Origin: a bacterium
Lineage (GTDB): Bacteria > Patescibacteriota > Minisyncoccia > Moranbacterales > UBA2206
DNA length: 64,000 nt
Assembly (NCBI GenBank): GCA_021785125.1
Contig: JAJYGF010000012.1
Location: 16,612-80,611, forward strand
Direction of reading: 5' to 3'
How positions within the stretch are numbered: the stretch's first letter is position 1; each line of letters opens with the position of its first letter. The notes under the pieces are model-generated. The model was not told the origin of the DNA. It saw nothing but the letters and a program-made list of their open reading frames with translations, and did not search any database. Of this stretch, positions 55,942-64,000 are shown piece by piece. The position numbers were made by a program, and so were the translations under genes.

Positions 55942-57777
55942 ATGGACAGACTAAAAAAATTTATCGTTCCCACAATCATTGCCGGCGTGTTGATAGCCAA
56001 TTTTTCTTTCGGCTTTCCGCGTCTGTCGCGCTATTCTTCCGTGGACGAACCATATTGGACTTACGCCCGCATCTCTAAGTTTTGGAACGCGATAGCGGCA
56101 CACAAGTGGAAAAGCACTAACATAAACGATAAACCGGGCATCACAGTCGTACTCCTGTCCGGCTTCGGACTGACAAAAATCAATCCGATGCAATACAAAT
56201 CTTTGCGCCAAGAACCGAAAACCGCCGGACAGCTCAATGACATCAATTACATAAATTTCATTTTCAGGCTTCCGATATTCCTTTTCGACCTGGCGATGCT
56301 TTTAGTTTTCTATTTTCTTCTCAAAAAACTTTTTAACCGTACGATCGCCCTGTTTTCCCTCATCTTCATCGGACTCTCTCCCATCTTGTTGGGCATTTCA
56401 CTCATCATCAATCCTGACGCGCTGCTATGGACTTTCCTGCCGCTTTCCATGATCGGTTATTTCGTATTTCAAAAAGAAAACAATCGCAAATACTTGATTT
56501 TAAGCGGAATCTTTTTGGGCCTGGCTCTTCTGACCAAATATGTCTCCAACATCCTATATGTCTTCTTCTTCACATTGCCATTTTTTGATTACATCTTCCG
56601 AGAAGAAAAGCCGGGACTGTCCCGCTTTCTGAGAAAATCGGGTATGGACTACCTTATCTTAGTCATTACTTCCATGATCACTTTTTTTATACTTTTTCCG
56701 GCCACATGGAAAAAACCTTCCATGGTTTTGAAAGGCACGTTTCTAAGCAAAGTTTTTCAGACAACTTGGCCGATTTTTGCCGCTATCATCGTTTTGATCG
56801 CAATCGATATTTATCTGCTTGAAAGTAAAAACGCCCGCCTTATCCTTGATAAGATCTCGCGCTATAAAAAAATCATCCTGCGCGTTGTTTTCGGACTGTT
56901 TCTGCTGGCAATCGCCATAGCCATGATCAATACTTACGCCGGCATGAAAATATACAACTTCGAATCAATCATCGCTTCGCCAAAAGGTTCAAGCGGATTG
57001 TTTGATCCTTATGTTTTTTCCGGCAAGATTTTGGCGGATTTCTTCGGCCTGATTTTCGGCGTTTCACCTCTCATCTTACTTTTTGCGGTTTATGCCATGC
57101 TCATCCCTTTCCGCAAAAAAATAAAGGCGGATACGGCTATGGCTGTCGTATTTTACTTTCTCCTGTTCATCGCTTTGTACTACATCGGGTCGACCGTGAA
57201 CAGCGTCGTCGCGACAGTACGCTATCAAATCGCGTTATACCCGCTTTTCCTGATCGTGGCCGCTATCGGACTGGAAAAGATTGTTTCAGATTTTAAGCTG
57301 AAAAAAATCATGCCGGAGATCACATTCTCCGTCTTGCTGATGGCGATTCTCATATTCAGCCTGTTTCAGATCAAGCCGTTCTATTTCGCCTACGCTTCAT
57401 CCATCCTTCCGTCCAACTACACCCTTAACCTCAAAGACATGGGCGACGGAAGTTACGAAGCGGCCGACTATCTGAACAGCCTGCCAAACGCCCAAAACAT
57501 GACCATCTGGTCGGACAAGGGCGCAGTATGCGCCGAGTTCCGAGGCAATTGCGTCATCGGATTCAAAACCGCGTATTTCCAAGGCAACAAATTCAGTTAT
57601 TTCGTCACTTCCACCGGAAGAAAATCCAGAACTTCGAAACTATATCATCATCTGAAAAACATAATTGATTTTCCGAAAGCTTACTCTACAAATCAATTTG
57701 CCAAAGAAATCTTGATCGGCAATCAGATCAATAACGTCATAAAAATAGTGCCGGGCAATATCGTGTACAAACAGTGA
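55942..57777 (+). CDS. ArnT-like (GT83/PMT_2) GT-C glycosyltransferase, divergent member
   Basis: SVDEPYWTYARIS resembles the DExRYA motif in the first loop of ArnT. 611 aa, polytopic. Confidence 0.55.
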   Translation: MDRLKKFIVPTIIAGVLIANFSFGFPRLSRYSSVDEPYWTYARISKFWNAIAAHKWKSTNINDKPGITVVLLSGFGLTKINPMQYKSLRQEPKTAGQLNDINYINFIFRLPIFLFDLAMLLVFYFLLKKLFNRTIALFSLIFIGLSPILLGISLIINPDALLWTFLPLSMIGYFVFQKENNRKYLILSGIFLGLALLTKYVSNILYVFFFTLPFFDYIFREEKPGLSRFLRKSGMDYLILVITSMITFFILFPATWKKPSMVLKGTFLSKVFQTTWPIFAAIIVLIAIDIYLLESKNARLILDKISRYKKIILRVVFGLFLLAIAIAMINTYAGMKIYNFESIIASPKGSSGLFDPYVFSGKILADFFGLIFGVSPLILLFAVYAMLIPFRKKIKADTAMAVVFYFLLFIALYYIGSTVNSVVATVRYQIALYPLFLIVAAIGLEKIVSDFKLKKIMPEITFSVLLMAILIFSLFQIKPFYFAYASSILPSNYTLNLKDMGDGSYEAADYLNSLPNAQNMTIWSDKGAVCAEFRGNCVIGFKTAYFQGNKFSYFVTSTGRKSRTSKLYHHLKNIIDFPKAYSTNQFAKEILIGNQINNVIKIVPGNIVYKQ

Positions 57778-57800
57778 CCTTCGTCTTCGGTCTCGGCGAT

Positions 57801-57840
57801 AATAAAACCGACTTTAAGTCGGTTTTATTATCAAAAAATT
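57801..57840. terminator. bidirectional intrinsic terminator between convergent genes
   Basis: aaaaccgact-ttaa-gtcggtttt with A/T runs on both sides. Confidence 0.55.
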
Positions 57841-57853
57841 CGGGCGGATTACA

Positions 57854-58798
57854 TTATTTATTTTTCTTCCGGATTACATATATCGGCCGTTGGATGACTT
57901 CTCGATGAATATTGGCCACATACATGGCAATCAGTCCGATTGACATCAAGATTATTCCAACCAAAAAGACGATGAAGATGGCCAAATTTTCAGCATCCGA
58001 AAAAGTGGAGGCGAAGGTGTGAAGATGCAAGAAGTATTTTTCAAGAAGTATGTAGGCACCCAAAATTCCCGATAGTAGAGTTATAAAAATTCCGAAATAT
58101 CCGGCCAACTTGAGCGGCAAGAGACTAAGAGACACGAAGCTATTCATGGCAAGCTTGACCAGCTTCCAAAAACTGTAACTGGCCGTCCCATTCAACCTTT
58201 CATTGGCATCAAAATAAACATACGCTCGCTTGAATCCCAACCAGTCGATAAGCGCGCGCGTCATACGATTGACTTCGGTAAACTGGTTGAATTCATTGAT
58301 CATGGCACGATTTATGAGTCGGAAATCGGTCGCATTCGGCACCACTTCGACTTCCGCAATCCGATTGAGAATTTTATAAAACAGCTTCGAGCCGGACTTT
58401 TTGATCCAGCTGTCGCTTTTGCTCCCCCTTCTGACTCCGACTACCACATCGTTCCCATCCTCCCATTTCCTTATAAATTCTGGAATCAATTCGGCCGGGT
58501 GCTGGAGATCGGAATCGATCATGATGCAGGCATCTCCTTTGCAATTGTTTATTCCGGCAGTGGTTGCCAGCTCCTTTCCGAAATTGCGCGAAAATGAAAC
58601 ATATCCGACCTCCCGATCTTCCAGGGCCAACTTTTCGATCTCGGCTTGAGTGTCGTCTCGGCTGCCATCATTCACAAAAAGGATTTCAAAAACATATTTG
58701 CCATTGAGCGGAGCGATGACTTCTTTCAATTTTTCATAGACCGGACGAATATTCTTTTCTTCGTTATAGGCCGGAATAATTATGCTGACAAGCTTCAT
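57854..58798 (-). CDS. GT2 polyprenyl-phosphate sugar synthase (ArnC/GtrB/DPM1-like) with 2 C-terminal TM helices
   Basis: IIIPAYNEEKNI, VNDGSRDDT, IDSDLQHP, plus the C-terminal TM pair. Confidence 0.75.
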   Translation of the reverse strand: MKLVSIIIPAYNEEKNIRPVYEKLKEVIAPLNGKYVFEILFVNDGSRDDTQAEIEKLALEDREVGYVSFSRNFGKELATTAGINNCKGDACIMIDSDLQHPAELIPEFIRKWEDGNDVVVGVRRGSKSDSWIKKSGSKLFYKILNRIAEVEVVPNATDFRLINRAMINEFNQFTEVNRMTRALIDWLGFKRAYVYFDANERLNGTASYSFWKLVKLAMNSFVSLSLLPLKLAGYFGIFITLLSGILGAYILLEKYFLHLHTFASTFSDAENLAIFIVFLVGIILMSIGLIAMYVANIHREVIQRPIYVIRKKNK

Positions 58799-58918
58799 AA
58801 ACTGTTTCGGTGCTTATAATTAATTACTATCATAATAACAAAATTTGCCGGTTTTGCCAAGAATGCCGCCCGATCAGCGCCGTTACTATGCTGGGTCTTC
58901 GATTTATGTTAAAATGGC

Positions 58919-60652
58919 ATGGTTAACACATGCCGATATTTTATGAATTTAGAAACGATCAAAAAACATAAATGGGAATTCTGTTTTCTTCTGCTGATAA
59001 TCGCCGGCGGAACATTCCTGCGCGCGTACAATTTCACCAAATGGCTGCACTTCGAAATCGACCAAACTTACGATATCAACACCGTCTCCCCGGCTGTCGA
59101 AAAGGGCATTGCTAACCTGCCATTGGTCGGCCCTAATGTCGGCGGCGGAGCTTTGCGGCTAGGACCCGCTTTTTATTACATGGAATATTTGAGCGCTTTG
59201 ATTTTCGGCGATACTCCGCAAGGCCATGCCATGCAAGTTCTCATGCTGAATATCTTGTCCGTTCCGTTTTTTTATATCTTTATCCGCCGATATTTCTCAC
59301 GGGAGATCTCTATCGGACTTACAGCCGTATTTTCCTTCTCGCTCTACCATATCATGTATTCGCGCTTTTCCTGGAGTCCGAATGTTCTTCCGTTTCTGGT
59401 GATCCTTTCCTTCTACACATTGTTGCGCAGCGTCTCTAAACAGGAGAAGCATCCCGCCCGATGGTTTCTTATTTCAATTGCCGCCGTCACAATCACTTCC
59501 CAAATCCATTTCAATTCATTTTTCGTCGTTCCGCTGATCACAGCCCTATTTCTTCTTTTAAAAATGCCGCGCTTTCCATTGAAAGTATGGGCGGCCGCTT
59601 TGGCCATAATATTGATAATCTATTCCCCGTTAATCTTCAGCGACATTAAAACCGGCGGAGAAAATCTCGGCTATTTCAAAGACAAAATGAAAAAGACCAC
59701 TCGAAGCTATTTCAAGCCAAAAGAGGTCATACAGGCACTTGAATATGACGCGTACGGAAATTGGTTCATAATTTCAGGAAACGACCAGATAAACGGCGTC
59801 CGATTGACCAGTTTCGGCTTCGATTGCGCCGCCTGCAGACAAAATCTTCCGATAAAGTTATCGGCACTGGCGATTTTTTTCGCCGGCGCTTTTTTGTTGT
59901 TTTTCCGGATATTCAAAGAAAGAGATCCGGACAAGAAAAATTTCACCATTTTGATCTCTCTCTGGTTCCTGGTGTCCATTTATCTTCTATATACGATTGC
60001 CAAAAATTATCGGATGTATCCGCGGTTTTATCTGGTCATGAGCCCGATGGCTGTCATACTCTTCGGATTAATTTTGGATCACATCAAGCCCCACCTTGGC
60101 AAAATCCGCCTGGCCATCTTCAGCTTGATAATATTAGTCCTGGTCGGAATGAATGTTGGAAGAATAATTCCGATATTCGAGCAATTGGCCGACGTGCCTT
60201 ATTCCGCCGCCAAAAACATAGAAAACGGCGATATCTTCCCGAACACCAACCGACTGACGCTGGAAGAAGAAATCAATGTCGTAAACTATATAGAGAAAAA
60301 ACATCGTCAAAACGGCTTTCCCGTTTATCTGACGGCCAGATCGGAATATATATCGACATATTGGTATCTGTTGGAAAAACGAGGCGTCCATTATTATGGC
60401 GCCATTGGCAAAAAAAATCTGTATGCGCAAGGCAATTATTTTGACATAAAATTTTCCGATGACAGCCAAAGCACGGATTCAAGATTCAACATTTTGGAAA
60501 AGAAAGATATGGGCGCGGTCATAGTCTACTACATGGTTCCGAAGCCGAAAAACGCCACTGCCGAAAAACAAAATGCTTCCGACCGTAAAATATTCGGAGC
60601 AGATGATGAGCTTATGCAATTTTTAACCTGGAAAAAATTGTTTTCAAAATGA
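58919..60652 (+). CDS. ArnT/PMT-like GT-C glycosyltransferase, paralog 5 (alternative start 58943)
   Basis: FLRAYNFTKWLHFEIDQTYDI and LGPAFYYMEY. Confidence 0.6.
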   Translation: MVNTCRYFMNLETIKKHKWEFCFLLLIIAGGTFLRAYNFTKWLHFEIDQTYDINTVSPAVEKGIANLPLVGPNVGGGALRLGPAFYYMEYLSALIFGDTPQGHAMQVLMLNILSVPFFYIFIRRYFSREISIGLTAVFSFSLYHIMYSRFSWSPNVLPFLVILSFYTLLRSVSKQEKHPARWFLISIAAVTITSQIHFNSFFVVPLITALFLLLKMPRFPLKVWAAALAIILIIYSPLIFSDIKTGGENLGYFKDKMKKTTRSYFKPKEVIQALEYDAYGNWFIISGNDQINGVRLTSFGFDCAACRQNLPIKLSALAIFFAGAFLLFFRIFKERDPDKKNFTILISLWFLVSIYLLYTIAKNYRMYPRFYLVMSPMAVILFGLILDHIKPHLGKIRLAIFSLIILVLVGMNVGRIIPIFEQLADVPYSAAKNIENGDIFPNTNRLTLEEEINVVNYIEKKHRQNGFPVYLTARSEYISTYWYLLEKRGVHYYGAIGKKNLYAQGNYFDIKFSDDSQSTDSRFNILEKKDMGAVIVYYMVPKPKNATAEKQNASDRKIFGADDELMQFLTWKKLFSK

Positions 60653-60663
60653 CGGATCGACTT

Positions 60664-61587
60664 CTATCTTTTGCTGTGAAGATATGTAGGCAAGGCAAAG
60701 AAACTGATGATCATCTGGATGAATCGGCTAAGGATGGCGACTGTCACCACGGCCGCCGGATCAATGCCAAACAGGCCGAAAAAAGTCACGTAAGCCCACT
60801 CCTGGATCCCGACATTGTTTATGCTGATCGGCACGGCTGAAACGATACAAACCAGGAATATCACCGACAGATAGCTCAAGACGCTTATTTGTATGCCCAA
60901 AGCCCAAAAAAGCAGCAGATTGGCGATGGCCACGCCTACGATCTGGAAAATTGCGCCCCAAAAAATCGCTTTAGCCAAAATTTTGTAATCGGCGCTGAAA
61001 CCTTGCGTCTCTTCAATGAAACGTGCCAATTTTTGCGGAATGCGCTCCAATATCCATTTCCAAAATCGCGCATTGCGCGATTTCACCACGAAAAAAAACC
61101 ATGCCAGAGCGATTATGATAAAAAGAGTGAAAAGAAGCAAAACATAGTTAGCCATGACGATCCTGATGTTTATCAGATTGAATAGCAGGGCGATCGCCAT
61201 AATGCCGATCAATCCGGTTACACGATCAATCGCTACTGCCGAAGCCGCTTCGATGTATTTCTTGCCGGCTTTTCCTGTCTGATACGCCTTGAACGTGTCT
61301 CCGCCGATGAAAGACGGCATAAAGTTGTTGATAAAAGTCCCAGCCAAATAAAGCCTGTAGTAGTCGCTGTAAGCATGCTTGATATCCTTGAAATGAGACA
61401 GGAACATCCATTTATAAGATGAAATGGCGATGCCTAGCAAGATGACAATCACATACAGGACGAGGATCCATGGATTGGCGATCCGGAGATAATGAATCAC
61501 CTGCGGCCAGTTGACTTTAAAAATCACCCACAACAAAAAGATTGCACTGATCAGGATCTTTATTCCGATTTTTATGAATTTATTCAT
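60664..61587 (-). CDS. flippase-like (LPG-synthase TM / UPF0104) membrane protein
   Basis: 307 aa with about 8 TM helices and a family-typical N-terminal layout. Confidence 0.45.
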   Translation of the reverse strand: MNKFIKIGIKILISAIFLLWVIFKVNWPQVIHYLRIANPWILVLYVIVILLGIAISSYKWMFLSHFKDIKHAYSDYYRLYLAGTFINNFMPSFIGGDTFKAYQTGKAGKKYIEAASAVAIDRVTGLIGIMAIALLFNLINIRIVMANYVLLLFTLFIIIALAWFFFVVKSRNARFWKWILERIPQKLARFIEETQGFSADYKILAKAIFWGAIFQIVGVAIANLLLFWALGIQISVLSYLSVIFLVCIVSAVPISINNVGIQEWAYVTFFGLFGIDPAAVVTVAILSRFIQMIISFFALPTYLHSKR

Positions 61588-62737
61588 CGCTCACCTTTTT
61601 GTATAGTTCGAAATATCTTTTCGCCACTTGCTCCCAACTTATGTTTTCCGCCAACTGCCGGCTGGCTTCCGCCATCGATTTTTGCAAATCTTCATCATCC
61701 ATGATCTTCTCGATTTTTTCAGCCAGATCATCCGGATCTTTCATTTTAACAACAAAGCCGTTTTTTCCATCAGCAACCAATTCTTTGGTTCCCCCCGTAT
61801 CGGTCGCTACCAACGGCAGACCGGATGCCAAAGCCTCGAGCATGGCGTTGCTCATCCCTTCATTCAATGAAGGCAGAACAAAAAGTCCGGCTTCTTGGTA
61901 ATAAGCGGGGGTTTTTTCGCGCGGAATACGTCCTAAAAATTCCACATTATTTTGCAAATCAAGCTGTTTCACCAATTCTTCGAATTCTTCTCTCGCATTT
62001 CCATCGCCCATCAGCTTCAATCGAACATTGGGATGCTGTCGGGAAACTTTTTTAATTGCCCGAATCAAATAGTCTATTCCTTTACGATGAGTTATTCGTG
62101 AAGCCCCGATAGTAATGATGAATTCATCTTTGCTCCGGAGAGCGGCATCCGGCCTAAACTTATCGACGTCGACGCCGTTATATATGATGCCGATTTCTTT
62201 TTCAGTCTTTGTCTTCAAAGCCAGTCCCTTCAATCCCTTGCTATTCGCGATCACAAATTCGGATTTTTTCCAAATGGACTTGATTAAGGGCGTGAGAATT
62301 CGATATATGAAGCCGAACCGGTCGCTATATCCAGGCACATCCGCGCCACGCAAAGAAACGATGTATGGCAAGCTGAATTGATATTTGAAAATCAATGACA
62401 GAAATCCGCACGGGACGGAGAAAAATGAATGAGTCAGATCGTATTTATTTTTTCGAGCCAGTCTGGCGGCATAAAAATACGCCTTCCACGCGTAAACGAT
62501 CAGTTCTTTTTGCGACTGGAAATGGAGATTTTTCTTATTTTTTCCGATCGGCACGCGATGTACCCGCACATTATTCCCGACTCTTTCAATGTGGTATTCT
62601 GGATCAATCGAGGAAGTTACCAGATCAACCTCCAGATCCGGAATTTTTGTATATTCGCTCAAAATATAGGAAGTGGCATTGGCCGCCCCACCCCCCAGTG
62701 GCGGATATTCGTAATTGAAAAACAAGACTTTTGTCAT
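61580..62737 (-). CDS. glycosyltransferase family 4
   Basis: The start was placed at MTKVLFFNYEYPPLGGG (confirmed by CAT at 62735-62737). SLNEGMSNAMLEALASGLPLVATD motif. Confidence 0.8.
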   Translation of the reverse strand: MTKVLFFNYEYPPLGGGAANATSYILSEYTKIPDLEVDLVTSSIDPEYHIERVGNNVRVHRVPIGKNKKNLHFQSQKELIVYAWKAYFYAARLARKNKYDLTHSFFSVPCGFLSLIFKYQFSLPYIVSLRGADVPGYSDRFGFIYRILTPLIKSIWKKSEFVIANSKGLKGLALKTKTEKEIGIIYNGVDVDKFRPDAALRSKDEFIITIGASRITHRKGIDYLIRAIKKVSRQHPNVRLKLMGDGNAREEFEELVKQLDLQNNVEFLGRIPREKTPAYYQEAGLFVLPSLNEGMSNAMLEALASGLPLVATDTGGTKELVADGKNGFVVKMKDPDDLAEKIEKIMDDEDLQKSMAEASRQLAENISWEQVAKRYFELYKKVSDE

Positions 62738-62846
62738 AGCTCCATTGTAGCCCATCTCAGCCTTTCTTTCAATCAGATTGACTTTTGCCGCCAAAACCAA
62801 AACCCGACCTCATGGCCGGGTTTTATTTTGCGATACGCTCCGTTTG

Positions 62847-63038
62847 TTATTCGTCTTTCATCATCGAATCCATCTTTTTCATCATTTCATTTCTTTCTTT
62901 GTTCGACATATTGTCCATCATCTCCTTATGCTCCATCTTGGCGTGATTCAACATATTATTCCTGACTTCTTCCGGCGTATTTCCTCTGGCCACAAAATCG
63001 CAATCCGTGCCAAGATCGCGACACGCTAATGTTTTCAT
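62847..63038 (-). CDS. DUF1059-like small metal-binding protein
   Basis: MKTLACRDLGTDCDFVARGNTPEEV. A GGAGGTG RBS lies 8 nt upstream. The longer ORF-track start has no RBS. Confidence 0.5.
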   Translation of the reverse strand: MKTLACRDLGTDCDFVARGNTPEEVRNNMLNHAKMEHKEMMDNMSNKERNEMMKKMDSMMKDE

Positions 63039-63184
63039 AATACGATTCACCTCCTCTCTAAAATATAAATCGATCGCGTAAACGATAAACGATCCATAAA
63101 TTATACAAGGAACCGGCAATTTCCATTTCAAGCAGAAAGACGGATTTCTCCGCCATTTCATAAGATCGCTTCAAAATTGAAACG

Positions 63185-64000
63185 TCACAGCTTGACGTTT
63201 TGATAGTCCACTTTGTCGCCTCTTCCGATCGCGTAGTATTCAAAGCCGGCGGATCGCATAGAGTAAGGATCAAAAAGATTTCTGCCGTCGAAAATAATCG
63301 GATTTTTCAAAAGCTTCTTCGCTCTTTCAAAATCTATGGAACGATATTCGGTAGTTTCCGTCCCGATCAGAAGCGCATCGCAACCTTCCAGTATCTTGTA
63401 TTTGTCATGTTCTTCATAGCTGACATTGCCGTTATTCTTGAGATACACTTCCCGCGCTTCCGTGATTGCCAAAGGGTCGTATGCCGCAATAGCCGCACCT
63501 CTTTTTGTCAGTTCGTCAATCATCACAATCGAGGCTGATTCGCGCATATCATTCGTCTTGGCCTTGAAAGCCAAGCCCCATAAAGCAAACTTTTTGCCTG
63601 CCAGGCCGGAACCGAACCTTGCGATCACTTTTCTCGGAATGACAGTTTTCTGATAATTATTGACGCCTTCGATGGCACGGAAAAGTTGCAGATATTCTTC
63701 CGGCAGCCCGCTTTTTTCCGCAAACGCGGTCAAGGCTTTCACATCTTTCGGAAAACAGCTGCCGCCATAGCCACAACTGGCATGCAAGAAGCTATTGCCG
63801 ATCCTTGGATCACTACCGATTCCTTCTGCAATGTTTTCTACATCCGTTCCCATAAGTTCAGATAGTCCAGCAATTGCGTTGATGAAAGAAATCTTCATGG
63901 CTAAATTCGTATTGCCGGTATATTTGGTCAATTCCGCGTCCCGGACGCCCATCGCATGAAAACGATCCTGGCGCATCATGAAAGGTTTGTATAATTTCCT
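63185..64000 (-). CDS. UDP-glucose 6-dehydrogenase family protein (N-terminus beyond the window edge)
   Basis: GGSCFPKDV catalytic Cys region and the C-terminal UDP-binding domain. The frame stays open past 64000. Confidence 0.8.
   Translation of the reverse strand, partial: RKLYKPFMMRQDRFHAMGVRDAELTKYTGNTNLAMKISFINAIAGLSELMGTDVENIAEGIGSDPRIGNSFLHASCGYGGSCFPKDVKALTAFAEKSGLPEEYLQLFRAIEGVNNYQKTVIPRKVIARFGSGLAGKKFALWGLAFKAKTNDMRESASIVMIDELTKRGAAIAAYDPLAITEAREVYLKNNGNVSYEEHDKYKILEGCDALLIGTETTEYRSIDFERAKKLLKNPIIFDGRNLFDPYSMRSAGFEYYAIGRGDKVDYQNVKL

Overview
This is a low-GC (about 40%) bacterial window that looks like a Candidate Phyla Radiation (Patescibacteria) genome; that assignment is an inference from the gene content below, not a database result.

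- **Envelope locus, 1-6 kb:** an HtrA-like PDZ protein with no histidine and no GxSGGP serine motif, so probably an inactive pseudoprotease. Next to it sit a small His-rich LPXTG protein and a sortase. Two secreted proteins follow in a compositionally GC-rich patch, then a Wzz-like protein, rfbC and rfbB.
- **16S rRNA, about 8766-11160, minus strand:** an IS200/IS605 TnpA-only element with terminal hairpins lies directly downstream. The 16S carries an 860-nt intron encoding a LAGLIDADG homing endonuclease and an AT-rich helix expansion of about 90 nt. No 23S, 5S or tRNA is linked. Terminators follow the 3' end, and the long leader contains a palindromic structure.
- **Housekeeping block, 12-24 kb, all minus strand:** ABC-2 transporter pair, dinB, a MATE transporter, serS, PAP2 phosphatase, an HD hydrolase, lysS, greA, pyrG and rplI.
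- **Glycosylation and envelope island, 24.5-64 kb:** S41 Ctp protease, LCP protein, many GT2 and GT4 transferases, and a winged-helix+PRTase (PurR-like) regulator with a TTTACAG repeat at its start codon. It also holds an O-antigen-ligase-like protein, three nucleotide-sugar dehydrogenase paralogs (one a separately expressed C-terminal fragment), a Wzx flippase, RtcB, tmk, two polyprenyl-phosphate GT2 synthases and a tandem array of five closely paralogous ArnT/PMT-like GT-C proteins plus a more divergent ArnT-like member and two other large multi-TM proteins.
- **Intergenic repeats:** a GC-hairpin terminator family with conserved flanks, and a 22-bp perfect palindrome with a degenerate second copy.

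No CRISPR array or recognisable defence system was found.
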